64,000 bases of DNA, taken from the NCBI GenBank assembly GCA_038087875.1, contig CM075977.1, positions 135,904,001-135,968,000 of the forward strand. Direction: 5' to 3'. This DNA comes from Malacoraja senta (lineage: Eukaryota). Of the stretch, positions 13,340 to 26,404 are shown one piece after another. Made by a program: the position numbers and the translations under genes. The first letter of the stretch is position 1. Every line of letters begins with the position of its first letter. Under the pieces are notes generated by a model. That model did no database searches and was not told where the DNA came from. It was given only the letters and a program-made list of their open reading frames with translations.

Positions 13340-14625
13340 ATAGCTGCACAGCACAGAAACAAGCTTTATACCCCAACTCATCCATGGTGACCAAGTTACC
13401 TTTCCAAGCTAATCCCACTTGTCTGTCTAGCCCATGCCCTGCCACACTTTTCCTATCTGTGTGCCTGTCTCTATGTCGTTGTCACTTGCGGGCAGAGCAC
13501 CAAGGCAAATTCCTTGTATGTGAATACTTGGCCAATAAACTTATTCATTCATTCATTCAAAGTATTTTTTTAAATATTGCAATTGTCCCTGCTTCTACCA
13601 TTTTATCTGGCAGTTTGTTGCATTTAGGCACCCGCCTCTGTGGAAAAGATTGTTCCTCTGATGCTTTTTAACTATTTTTCCCCCTTTCCTTAAAGCTATG
13701 CCCATGAGTTTTAGAATTCCCTTCCCTGGGGAGAAGACTGGCTGTTCATCTTTTCGATGCCCCTCATGATTTTATAAACCTCTAAGGTCACCCCTCAGCT
13801 TTCAAGGCTCTAGTTGAAAGAAGACCCAGTCTTTTCTTACTTAAACCTTCCAGACCCAGTAACATTCTTGTAACACTTTCTTGCACCCTTTCTAGTTTAA
13901 TGGCATTCTTCTTCGCAAGACAACCAAACCCTTCCTAGACTGTCTATTACTGGCCTTGCTTTGTTCTGGCCTTTTTATTACCTCCAGTTCCCTCCCCCCT
14001 ACTTTCAGCCTGAAGAGGGGTCCAGACCCAAAATGTCACCCATCCTTTTTCTCCAGAAATGCTGCCTGACCTGTTGAGTTACTCCAGCACTTTTTGTCTT
14101 TTCTCCTGTATTCAATACCTTGATAGATGAAGGCATGTATGCAAACATCTATACCACACTGTCCATCTGTGCCGCCACGTTCATGGAAAAATGTACTGGT
14201 TACTGAAGGTCTCTCTGTTCTACAACACTCCCCAGGGGCCAACCATTTGCTGTGTAGATTCTGCCTAGGTTGGCCCGACCAAACTGCAACACCTCATATT
14301 TATCTGAATTAAACACCATCAGCCATTCCTTGGCCCAGATGGGGCAGGATCCTTCTTCAATGTCCACCAAACCATCAACTTTAGCATCATCTGCAAACGT
14401 ACTAACCATGCCATCTGCATTCACATACAAATCGTTAATATAAATAACAAACAATAGTGGACCCAACACCAATCCTTGTGGGACTCCACTCATTACAAGT
14501 CTAGCCTAGACCAACCCTAAACCACCACTACCATCTGTTTCCTATCTTCAATTTAATTTTATATCCAATTACCTAGTTCTCCCTGTATCCCATCTGATCT
14601 AACCGTTCAGACCAACCTACAAATG
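13340..14625 (-). mobile_element. CR1 LINE fragments
   Basis: ORF 14200-14493 SGVPQGLVLGPLLFVIYINDL...FADDAK (RT); CR1 3' sequence toward 13340; interrupted by a Penelope terminal repeat at about 14000-14100. Confidence 0.8.
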
Positions 14626-15314
14626 TGACAGGCTGCGAAACCAGGAAGTCATCAGGTAGTAGCGGCAATCTGTGCTTGCAATTGATACAACTGACTAACA
14701 TGGACCCTGAAATGGAGATACAATGCATCAAATGAAGTTTTTTTTTAAAGTAAACCAAGATCAATTAATAAGCATAAACTAAAATCCAGATCTACCTCTA
14801 TCAGGGCAACACTGTTGCTTTATTATCTGTCATTTTAAAGTTTTTAAATCCTTGGATTTATTCCAAATAAGTGTTCTGATATTGATAGTATTGAATTACA
14901 ATGTGAATTCTGTTGTCGTTCACCGATTGATCTTGTGCCATGAGTTTTTTTTGTATGAAATGAGATTTACTTTTTCAGATTATAATTGCAACACTTTAAC
15001 AAGCTTAACAGTGACTGCTCAATTACTGCTGATGTATTTTAATACATTTGCAAGGGTGAAATTAAGATTCACAAGAACTAATTTATTCCTTTAGCCACTA
15101 AATTATGTTAGCATTTAATACAATTAAGAAAAATTGGCAATTGCTTGATGTCAATTGCTTTTTTTAATCCCATTCATGAATATGTATAAACCTATCTTTG
15201 ATCCTTGAGAGGAAAATTACTTTTGACTTCAGATACTGAACATGAAAAATATTAGATATATAAGAATAATTCAAATAACTTTACTTCATAAATTAAGAAA
15301 TTCTGTTTTCCTAC

Positions 15315-15437
15315 CTAAAGTTCCAAACTGAGTGTCAAGTCCCATGGTAATAATCAGCATGACGAAAAACAAAATGGACCATAGAGATGCCCATTGCAAT
15401 TGTGCAAGAGGCTCTGGGTAGGCAATGAAAGCAAAAC
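15315..15437 (-). pseudogene. Isolated exon of an SLC6 (neurotransmitter/amino-acid transporter) gene, most like SLC6A14
   Basis: ccctgtttag|GTTTT...ACTTTAG|gtagga, 123 nt, phase 1-1; [41 protein letters not shown] matches the SLC6 EL4-TM8 motif; no other SLC6 exons recognised. Confidence 0.75.
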
Positions 15438-15751
15438 CTAAACAGGGTACAATGGAAATGGTACTGAAATTGTGATTCAATAAGGCTTTAAAAAATACCT
15501 GTTGTAACCAGATGGTATTTGCCCAATAAAAAGTATCTGACAAAATCAATCATCAATATATATTTCATTTGTTCAATGTAAATCACTGCTTCTACATTTT
15601 TACAACAAAATTCTGATGATTCTGCACTTCAGGGCTTTGATGGTGCTGAACAGATTTTCAATGCTATTGGCCATTTGTTATTCACTGCCACGACCCACTT
15701 TAATCACTTATTTCATCTGATTTTTTTTTTCCCGCAAAGGCAGGTGTTTTA

Positions 15752-16590
15752 AATATTTTTATTAGAAGTCATACACCGTAGTATAAACCAATAATAATAT
15801 AATACATTTCATGTACAACTTCTTGTTTTTACATTTAATAATACAAAAGTAATAGAAGCAAAAAGAGAGAAAAAGAAGGTTAGGTAATGTGGTGAAAGTG
15901 ATAGTTCGTGAAAAAGTACAAGAAAAAGAGAGAGAAGAAGAGGAAAAAAAAGAAAAGAAAAAACAAAAATAACAAAAAGAAGATAAAAGGGCAACCTGCT
16001 TCGTATCTTTGCGCACCCCTCACCCGGTTCTGAAACAGTTAATTTCCAGGGTTATGCTGCACCATATGCTTGTAATAAATCGATAAAGGGAGACCAAATC
16101 TTTAAGAATTGGTCTGATTTGCCTGCTAGGACGAATCTCATATCTTCTAGGTGTAACATTTCAGACATGTTTGAAATCCACATTTTAAGCGTTGGTGTTG
16201 GTGCATTTTTCCAGAATTTTAATATAAGTTTTTTTGCCATAGTTAAGGAAACTCTTTTGGAACGAAGTCAGCTCAAAGCCGACCACCATTGTTCCAAAGA
16301 TAATCAGTTCTCCATTGGGGATCAATTTTAATTTAAATACTTTTGTAAAGATTTTGTAAATTTCCTTCCAAAACTTCTGAAGTTTTATGCAAAAGACAAA
16401 AGAGTGTGCTATAGTTGCATCTTGAGATGAGCATTTATCGCAGATGGGAGACACATTTGGAAATTTTTTATTCAGTTTAGTTTGAGTAATATAATCTATG
16501 TAAAATTTTGAATTGAATTAAGATATGTCTTACATTAATCGAACATTTGTGTACATATAGCAAATATTTTTCCCATCTGTCTTTCGAGGT
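15752..16590 (-). mobile_element. L1/Tx1-like LINE 3' fragment
   Basis: SPICDKC...TIAHSFVFCIKLQKFW (ORF2 C-terminal zinc motif), then AKKLILKFWK...PT...W; frameshifted; T-rich 3' UTR. Confidence 0.75.
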
Positions 16591-17604
16591 ATTTATAGAT
16601 ATAGATATTTATAGCAGGTGAGTTTAAAGACAGCATGGAAGTAAGGCCCTAGAGAATTAATCTGAAAATGGGGCACTGGTGAGTTTACAACTGGTATGGA
16701 AATGGGATCTCAGTGAGTTTGTAAGATGAATGAGAATAGAGCCCCCATGGGTTAAAGAGTATGCTAGAACACCACATGGTGAATCGGTTGCTAAACTGGT
16801 GTTTTAATGTATTCAAATGTTATAATACTGATTTTACAACATTGGCATTTAAGATGCTTTTAGCTGGGCTGATGCATTTGCTGGGAATGGAGGAATATGG
16901 ATCATGTGTAGGCAGATGGGATTAATTTATCTTGGCATTATGTTGAGTACAGATATTGTGGGCTGAAGGGTGTGTTCCAGTGCTGTACTTTTCTATGTTG
17001 AAAATCTAATATGTGTAGCAGGTCAGTTCTGATAAAGGTTTTTTTCCTTGAAATTTGAACTCTGTTTCATTTTGCACAGATGCTGTCTGATCTGAGTGTT
17101 TCCAGCATTTTCAGTTTTAATTATTGAATGGAAAATGTTGTTTAATAAAACAAATTGTGTTGTTCCACCACCCTCTTCAGTTATCTTTTGACATTATTTG
17201 ATGGAAAGTTCTATTAATGACCAGGCTAATTTTAGCCCCTTGACACAAATGTATAAAAATAATCTCATTGCTAATTGGACCACCTTTAAAATTTGGCTGC
17301 TGCCACTCCTTTAATATTACAACACAAACTGTAATTCATTTGGCTGTAGAGAATTTTGGGTCTCCTTAGGTTGCAAAATATGTATTGTAAATAGACGTAC
17401 TTGTAATTCTGCTATAAGGCCATATTTGCATTCCAAATAAATCTTGTGTTGTAGAAAATCGCTTAAAAAAACAATTGTGTCAATGTGGAAGAGAGGATTA
17501 GTGGCTAAAGAATTTCAGACTCATTGCACATGGCCACCACATTGAACTGTATTCTTAAGAGACATTAGTGTTCCATTACAGCAGGAAGGCTAATGATGAT
17601 CAGT

Positions 17605-17632
17605 CTGAAGAAGGGTCTCGACCCGAAATGTC
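17605..17632 (+). ncRNA. Minimal hammerhead-ribozyme motif in a Penelope terminal repeat
   Basis: CTGAAGA-A-GGGT(CTCG)ACCC-GAAAT-GTC. Confidence 0.55.
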
Positions 17633-17789
17633 ACCCATTCCTTCTCTCCAGAGATGCTGCCTGTCCCGCTGAGTTGTTCCAGCATTTTTAGTCTATCTTT
17701 GTGTTATAACCAATTCAGTCCGCATAATACAAATGGTGTTCTGTAAATCATCAATACGGTTATATGCAATTCGCAGTTTGGAAACGCGC

Positions 17790-18520
17790 TCAGTTCAGTT
17801 TATTGTCATGTGTACCGAGGTACAATGTAAAGCTTTTTGTTGCGTGCTAACCAGTCAGCAGAAAGACAATACATGTTTACAATCGATCCATTTACAGTGT
17901 ATAGATACATGATAAGGGAATAACGTTTAGTGCAAGGTAAAGCCAGCAAAGTCTGATCAAGGATAGTTTGAGGGTCACCAAATAGGTAGATAGTCGTTCA
18001 GCACTGCTCTCTGGTTGTGGTAGGATGATTCAGTTGCCTGTTAACAGCTTGGAAGAAACTGCCCCTGAATCTGGAGGTGTGTGTTTTCACACTTCAAGAC
18101 TGTTTGCCTGATGGGAGAGGGGAGCAGGGAGTGGCCAGGGTGTGACTCGTCCTTGATTATGCTGCTGTCCTTGCCGATGCAGCATGAGGTATAAATGGAG
18201 TCAATAGAAGGGAGGTTGGTTTGTGTGATGGTTTGGGCTGCATCCACAATTTGCTGCGATTTATTGCGGTCTTGGATGGAGCAGTTCCCAAACCAAGCTA
18301 TGATACATCCTGATAAAATGCTTTCTATGGTGCATCTGTAGAAGTTAGTGAGACTTGTAGGGGACGTGCCAAACTTCCTCAACCTTCTAAGGAAGTAGAG
18401 GCATTGGTGTGCTTTCTTGGTCGTTACTTCAATATGGGCGGTCCAGGATATGTTGTTGATGATATTTACTCCAAGGAGTTTGATGTTTTCAACCATCTCT
18501 ACTTCAGCACCGACAATCAT
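17790..18520 (-). mobile_element. Rex1/Babar LINE 3' fragment
   Basis: [17 protein letters not shown]...FYRCTIESILSGCIIAWFGN, homologous to the element at 32740-35930; ACAATAAACTGAAC tail. Confidence 0.85.
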
Positions 18521-19061
18521 AAAATCATAAGATGAAAGACTGACTACACTACAACTACAGTGTCAAAACATCAGTGCTAGCATGACTAACTGCAAACCAT
18601 GGCCATGTGACAATTGTATTGCTTATCCGCACATTAATCCCAAAATCACTTGCATTCTCAAATGCTCAACCATACAAAAAAGATCTGGCAGGTTTTCAAT
18701 GCTGCCTTTCATGTTATCGGCCAAAGGTCAAATCTCAGATAATACGTAGACTGAGCACATGATAGTCACATGGAATCACTTTTGGATTTGAATTTTTTTT
18801 TTTTTTAAATTCCAGAAAGTTATAAAATTGGGCAAAAGTGAAGCCAACGTATTTGCTGCCTACCACAGACCATTTCCCATGCACAGTGTGGAGCAAATCC
18901 ACTCTTGAGATCATGAATCATTACCAGTATTACTTTAGTGGGTAATTATCACAGAATGCCCACTAAAGTAACACTGGCAATTCTACTGTCCCAACTTGCC
19001 TTCTGCTAATTCCTGTTATACATCCTCATCATCTTCAAGTTCAATTAGTCTTAAAATTTAA

Positions 19062-19127
19062 GGACGGCACAGTGGCGCAGCAGTAGAGTTGCTGCCGAAC
19101 AGCGCCAGAGACCGGGTTCAATCCTGG
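19062..19127 (+). mobile_element. tRNA-derived SINE head (truncated)
   Basis: GGCACAGTGGCGCAGCAGTAGAG...CCGGGTTCAATCC with A and B boxes but no complete cloverleaf. Confidence 0.6.
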
Positions 19128-20599
19128 ATTGATTAATGCATTTATGCATGAGATGTTATTGTACCTGCATCTCACCATATATGTGCGTATGACAATTAAC
19201 TCAACTTGGCTTGACATGCTTAATAAATACAGTGGAGGTTTTAAAGCTGCAACTAATACAGAACCAGTGGATGTGATATATTTAGACACTCAGAAGGGTT
19301 TGTGATAAGGACCCATGTTAGAGGTTAGTGTACAGAATTATTGACATGGATTAAGAATGTGTTGACAGACAGGATGCAGATAAAATTACAATGTTTAAAA
19401 GACATTTGGACAAGTACTCGGTGAGGAAAGGAGTAGAACGATATGGGCCTAATTTGGGCAAATGGTACAACAGCCATCATGAATGAGATGGGCCAAAAGG
19501 GCTTGTTTTTGGTTCAACTATTCCTTTGTTGTGCAATTCAAGATTCCATGATTCAGAGAATAGGAATGAACAGGTCCCCCCCCCCCCCCCCCCCCAGGTG
19601 ACAGTAGTGAACAGTGTGGTGTCTGAGGGCACCAGCTATTGATGATTTGGATGAGGTAATTAACCCTAATATTTCCAGGTTTGCAGTTGCCACAAAGCTG
19701 AGGGAAAATGTGAGCTGTGATTTGGACAGGTTGGGTGATTAAGTAGATATATGGGAAATGCAATATAAAGTGAACAACTTTGAGGTTATTCAAAAAAGAC
19801 ACAGTGTTGCAGCAGGCCAGGCAGCATCTCTGGAGAACATGGATAGGTGATACTTTAGATCAGGCCCTTCTTCAGACTGGTTGGGAAGGGGAGGGTGGTG
19901 GGCTGTGGAAGAAAACTGGAAGAGAGGAGGGGCGTGTCGAAGCCTGGTGTGTGATAGGTCGATACAGGTGGGGGAGGGGGTTAATAGGCAGATGAATGGG
20001 CAAAGGTAGAGTTGAAAAATAAAAGGTGCAAGGTAAGGATGGAGAGGTGCGAATTGTGATGTCAGAGGATGGTATATAGGTGGAAGGGTGCAGGTCCGGG
20101 TCGGGCACAAGGGATAGGAAAAAAAGGTTGTTTTGTGATACTTAAAATTTGAGAATTTAATGTTCATACAGTCAGCCTGTAAACTACCCAGGGTTAATCA
20201 CTTGGGTTCCAAAAAAGTAAGATAAATTATCTGAATGGCATTGAACAAAAACATGGGGAAGTACAAAGAGAACTGGCTACCCTGCTCCATCAGTCTATAG
20301 AGCAAGCGTTCAGGTGTAATAAACAGTTCGGAAGATCAATGCTACATTGACTTTCATTGCCAGAATCTGAGTACATGAGCACGTTTTCTACTTCTGGTGA
20401 TAGATTATCAAGCTGATTGTCTCTTTCTTATAGATGCTGCATGCTCTGCTGGGTATTTTTTGACAAATTTGGTTTTTAATGTGGATTTAACATCTTCCAT
20501 TGCGTTGCTCACATTTTTTTTGTGAGAAATAAATTCAACTATGCTAAACCAAAGCATGTTTTTTTTAAAATAATGGTAACAACCTGAAGTTGATCTTCT

Positions 20600-23400
20600 C
20601 TCACTGATGTATTACAATGAAGAGATCAGACATTCTGCGCAACCTGTTTCCAACCGCATCGTTTTTTTTGTTTTGGATTTCGAGCATCCATTGTGCCGTG
20701 CTTTTGTGGAAATAAATAAACTATTTGCTAGTGGGGGATATTTTAACCCGCCTAATCGATGGCGTTTAAACAAGACGAAGAAAAAAACAAATTTATATTC
20801 GCCGAACAAAATAAATAGATTGAAAAATCCCGGACACATTTTTTGGGATCAATTGAACTAACCTATCAAACTTTCTATCCCCAGCGAAAGTTATCTCTTG
20901 CCTCATCATCCTGCAGGGAGAAGAGCGGTGTTTAATATCTGCAGCGTTTAAACGCCTCAGCACCAACGAATTTGCGGAGTAAAATCGAACAAGCAGTTTC
21001 TCGTGTTATGCCTTCGCTGTCCCACAAATAATATTCATTCAGAAGAAAACAAAACTGCTCCGAGACATTCCTCACCGAATTTTCCCACATCTAACTCCTA
21101 ACTTTCGATGGATGCACTTTTATTCAGTTTATTTTGAAACGGAGGGAAAAAATACTAACAGGCGATTTGCAGTTTAAAAAAAAAACCCTTTCAAACTTTG
21201 CGACCTCTGGTAGTGTCGGGAGGAGTTCTTCAGTCTCGCGGTACAATTGGGCCCTTTGCGGTCACGTTGTGGAGCTCCAACGCGAAAGCGAGGAGCCATT
21301 TTAACAGTGGATTTATCAGTGGATGCGGGGACGAGGCGCGGGCACAGACTGGGAGGAAGAAGCAGGTGCTGCTTATATTTCTCGTTGCTTTGATTTCCCT
21401 CCCTCGAAAGAACTTTATGATTCTCCCCGCGGTTGTGGATATTTAGCTTTATCTCTCTCTTTTTTCCCCCTCCCCGAGGAAGAGTTGAGGGAATTCCATG
21501 GCGATGGCCACTCCCAAGAGCCAGCAGCGGACGAGCGGCAGACGCGCGGCCGCCACTCCGCTCAGCCCGACCCGCATCTCCCGGCTGCAGGAAAAGGAGG
21601 AACTGAGCAACCTCAATGACCGGCTGGCCGTCTACATCGACAAGGTGCGCTCGCTGGAGACGGAGAACAGCACCCTGCAGTTGCGGATCTCCGAGAAGGA
21701 CGAGGTGACCAGCCGGGAGCTGAGCGGTATCAGGAGCCTGTACGAGAATGAGCTGGCGGACGCCCGCAAATCCCTGGATGAGACGGCCAAGGATCGCGCC
21801 CGGCTGCAGATCGAACTGGGAAAGCTCCGCGGCGACCACGATAGCCTGTTACAAAAGTAAGTGCCGGCGCCATTCACAACGCTGCCGGGTTTATTTTTTT
21901 AATTACAACTCACAATTTATAGGCGATAAAAACGTAAACGTAAAAACGTGCCTGGTTTCAGACCTGACGCCATCGCGCGTCCAGTTTGCAAGGTGAGCTA
22001 AGCGCGAAAATATTTCGGGAAACACAGTGATTACATTGAAATGAGAACATTAGAAATTGTTCTCAAATTTGTGACCCACGACGGGGTTAAATTGCTTACA
22101 AGTTGACCGAGGCCTTCTAAAAACAACCTTAAATATGGCAGATATTTGAATAGCTTACTTTGCAAGAAAACGGGGATAATCGAGTCATACTTGTAGGTTT
22201 GATTTACTTACATTTTACTCGCTCGCATTAACAAGTTCAACAGTAACAATTTCTGGCCGCAGTCCAAGCTCTCCTTGAGATTAAATGTATCATTAAAGGT
22301 GGGAACTTGTGATTTGAATTCGTGACACTGGCTGCCCGTGGGGCTTGAACTGTTAATTAAGGCTGACCTCGGTGACTTGATCACGATGGCATATCCTTAC
22401 GTCAGAATCCTTGTTTTTGCTTAAATCTTGTTGTACTTAATTGGCAAGGATTAAATGGATCCATTTGGCAGTTATATTGCTGCACAAAGCTGCCTGTACG
22501 CGGGCTAAAGGCGGGCATCGCTCTCGAGTTCTGGGTGAGGGCGGGAAAGAACATCTGAAATCTTAGCCCTTTCTACAAACGTCTCGCCTTTCTGCGAGCT
22601 GTAAATTTCCGCTCCTCTTGAGCGATGAAAGGGAGTGAAATCTGCAATAAATGTGCCCGGGAAACTGGAGGGAATCTGGGGTGGACAATGGCCATCTGTC
22701 GCGTGGTAGCGGCCGCCGTGCAGACAAAGAGCCGCTGTGCAATTAGCCGGGTCTCTGCAAAACACCAGACAAGCCTAATTCAGGCGATGCTGCTCGTTAT
22801 CATTCAACCCAAGTTAGTGGGAACGTCTCTGAAATATTCTGAATAACGATAGTGTTGCACGCAGGGTTACCATGTAAGGCACGAGAAGAGACTCTGCAGA
22901 TGCTGGGGGTTTTAAAAACAAAAATAAACAAATACTGGAGGAACTTTATCTGATTAAGGGTCTCGAACCGAAACGTATCCTATCCATGTTCTCCAGTTAT
23001 GCTGCCTGACTCGCCGAATTTGCCCCAGCACTTTGTGTTCATTTTTGCAGGAGGAGCTCGGCGGGTTAGGCAGCGTCCGTGGAGGGAAAAGGCGGTTCGG
23101 GTCGGAACGCTTATTCGGACTGATTGAGGGTCCCGATCCCGAACGTCGTATGTTCATTTCCAGGCGATAAAATCGTGCCTGGTTTCACTGGTTTCAGACC
23201 TGACGCCATCGCGCGTCCAGTTTGCAAGGTGAGCTCAGATTTTCGCTGAGTTCCGCCAATAGTTTATTTTGTGTTCGGTTTACCATGTGTAAATCTTCCT
23301 CTTTGCTGTACTCTGGCGGTCAGGGCAACTATAAGAGCCATTAAACAGCATTTAAAGTTCTGACAACTAAGCAGCTGTTTGTGTGGTTTGCCGTGTTTGC
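20600..23400 (+). promoter_or_regulatory. CpG island: LMNB1 promoter, 5' UTR, exon 1 and proximal intron 1
   Basis: Sharp rise in CpG and GC content around the lamin start; includes CHR-like TTTGAA/TTCAAA (about 21134 and 21190) and YY1-like GCCATTTT (about 21295). TSS not determinable. Confidence 0.7.
21498..21856 (+). CDS. LMNB1: Lamin B1 exon 1 (head and coil 1A/1B start)
   Basis: [38 protein letters not shown]; 359 nt, donor aa|gtaagt, same length as human exon 1 CDS. Confidence 0.97.
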
Positions 23401-26400
23401 AAAGTTATGCCTACACGGTATAGCTGAAACTTTTCCTTAAGAGACCACCATTGTACGTCAAGCAATTCCTATGATTTGTTTAACCTCCTTGTAATAACGG
23501 GGAAAAATGTATATCTGGAAGCTAGGTGGAGGGTTTGCTTTCAGTCAGCGAGGTGTTTTCCCACGTTTCCTCAAAGCCCTGGTGCGGGTTTAGCAGCTCG
23601 CAAATGGCCAATTTGCTATTCCATAAAAGTGGAGGGGGTATATGTCAACCTTGCTCCCACTGCAGATGAGGTTCTTTGATGTCAATGTAAAGCTGCATTT
23701 ACTTTATAATATGTAAAACGACAGTTAAAGTCTATATCAAAGTTGACTCGTGTATGCCCTTGCTATGCTTTGCACAAAATTAGCTGATCCTCTTACCACC
23801 CTGCCCTTTTGGTTTGCTGTCCTCTGCAGATTTGACTGGTTTGCATTTGGCCATATTCAGCATGGCAATGCTTGTATTCAGCCAGAAGATAAGCTTAGGT
23901 GAGGATGTAATGAAGAATGTAAAGTTAATGCTACTACTTAACATTTTGATATGAGGGAGAGACAAAATGTTTTTAATTGCAAGTCATTTAGTTTTTATAT
24001 AGAGTTTCAACTGGCAGTAAGCATAATATGGTCCCTTTCCTGTTGTTGATGTTAACTTTAGGGTAATGCAGTGTCTTCCATACATTATTAGAAGCTCTTG
24101 TTCCTATGTTTGGGATTTTTAAATGTCACCTTGAATTATTGCTTTTGCTTTTCAAAAAGACAATATTAGCACGATTTGAATTCCAGTAGTACCAAAATCT
24201 TTGGAAGTTTTGAATTTTTGCGGCAGTGTTTCAAGTTTTTTTTTTGGTCAGTCAGCTTAAACCATTCAAAAATACACATCACCTGGAATGTGCTAGTAAT
24301 CCAGAGTGGTAATCATTGCATCACCACCTGCATTTCAGCAAGCTTGAGTTTTCTAGGTTCTTGAGATATATTATTAAGCTGTCCCCTCAGTCGTTGAAAT
24401 AAGAATGGCTATGTGTCCCTCTTAACTAATTTCTCATTGTATGATCTATGGCCCTTCTCAGTATTTTTGTTCCTTCCAAATCATCAGCAGCACTATCACA
24501 ATGGCCCAATATCTAAATTCCTACGAGGAATATTCAGATCTTTGCATTGCGAAGATTGTGTAAACAATTAACCTGCATATACACGATTCCCTAATGTCGC
24601 AGGTGATTCTCTAGTCCTGTTTGGCTGCAGTGTTTTAGTCATGTTTTGCATACAAGCTAGATATAAATCTAAAAAATATCAGTATGGTCTGAAAAAATTA
24701 AGAGCATACAGATGCTGCAAATAATTAAGAGATGTATGTCGGGAGTCCTCTATCTATCTTTGGATAGTAGTCTTGAGGTAAGTGACTGGTTCTTCAGGGC
24801 TGAATTCTTTATTGTAGTTATAAATCTTTGGAATTCTTTAATTTGGAGTTGTGACTGTGATGACATTTGAGGGCTCATGGTTGCAATCAGCAGCTTTGGG
24901 ATGAAAGGCATTTACAAAAGATACTGGGCAGGAAAATGAATAGAGCCCCCACAAATTTAATGGAGATTTTATTAAATGACAGAGCCAACACAAGGGGCTG
25001 TACAACCCACTGTTTTGACAGTCAGAACTAAGAAAATCTAATTTGAAATTTTGATTTCAATAAAGTTCCTCAATGTGGGGAGGGAAATTAACTTAAATCA
25101 TGTAAACTTAAATTATTTGCATGAACTGTGGACATCACTGGCATGGAGAGCAATAATTGAGTTGTGCTCCATGTTCACTTGACGTGCTGGACAACTGCTT
25201 GCTGCCTGTCTACCTCAAATGGTGTTGCAGAGCCATAGAGCAAAGAAATTTCATGGTTTTGACACAGCAATAACAGCAGAATAATGATATTTCCAAGTTA
25301 GTATGGTGAGATTTAGAACAAATCTTGCAGGTAGTGGTAATATTTTCTTGCAGCTGTTGGCCTTTGGTGGCAGAAGGTCACATGATGAAGGCCTGACTTG
25401 AGTTGAGCTGCAATCTCAGCTGTTGCTGCTTATCCAAAGTATGGGACACTTGGACAAGGTTTTAATTCAAATTGGAATTTGTCTTGTAACATCTGTAATA
25501 TTAAACCACATTTAGGATAGTAGGGCTCCTTTATCTTGAATCCATCAGATGTTCATTACCAAAGCAGCTGCAACACTAGAGAACCAACTGCTTTATTTGA
25601 CAGATGTTTGAATAATGTCTGCTTTATCTAAGGAGGTGTTTCGGCTGAAGCAATTGTGTTTGCAGCCCTATTCAAACATCAGTTGTTGTCTCAAATGTTC
25701 CATGCAATTTGTGGGCAAATTTTCATCATTGACTAGATTGCATAATACTCGAAACAAGCTTGTGTGTTTTAGTATCCTCATGTTGCTGTTTGTTTACTGG
25801 TAACTTGATAAGTCAATTTTTTAAATAATAATCGTTGAGGTTTATCAACTAAGTACAGGTAGTTTTGCTATAACTTGTGACTCCATAACATGAATTGGAT
25901 ATAACACAAGTGATGACTTGGGGAACGCTATTTCCATTATGTAGACTAAATTGTTTATAACACAATTTTGGGGACTAGAGATTGATTTCAAAGTTACTTT
26001 GGAAATTGACAAGCAATTTTTAAAAATTGCCTTGTATTTAAACAGAGGATAAAGGGGCCTGTTTCCAAAACTTCCCCCACAGTAATCAGACACTATTCCC
26101 TTAAGAACGCAGCTGTTTCTTTACACAGGTGGCTACTGGAATTGACAAGCAATTGCTTCTATTGACACTTGTGCAACGATATGCTATTAAACAATGTAAC
26201 ATGTGGCCTTTAGTAGCTTTAATGCAACAACAAAAAACCTTTGATATTGGGGGAAAAACGTTGCAGGACAAATAACTTTGTTGCGAGTCTGAAATTCTCC
26301 AATCCCTTGCCCCATTGACACATTTGTCTTTACAGGCATCTTTTTTTCTGCAACGTGAAAATTCTTAGGAACACAATTATCACATTATAGTAGAACTACT

Positions 26401-26404
26401 TGTA

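Noticed and set aside
19062-19127. tRNA gene
   Set aside because: A and B boxes only, no cloverleaf; SINE head
21174-21839. 221-aa minus-strand ORF
   Set aside because: Antisense shadow of the GC3-rich lamin exon 1; no recognisable protein
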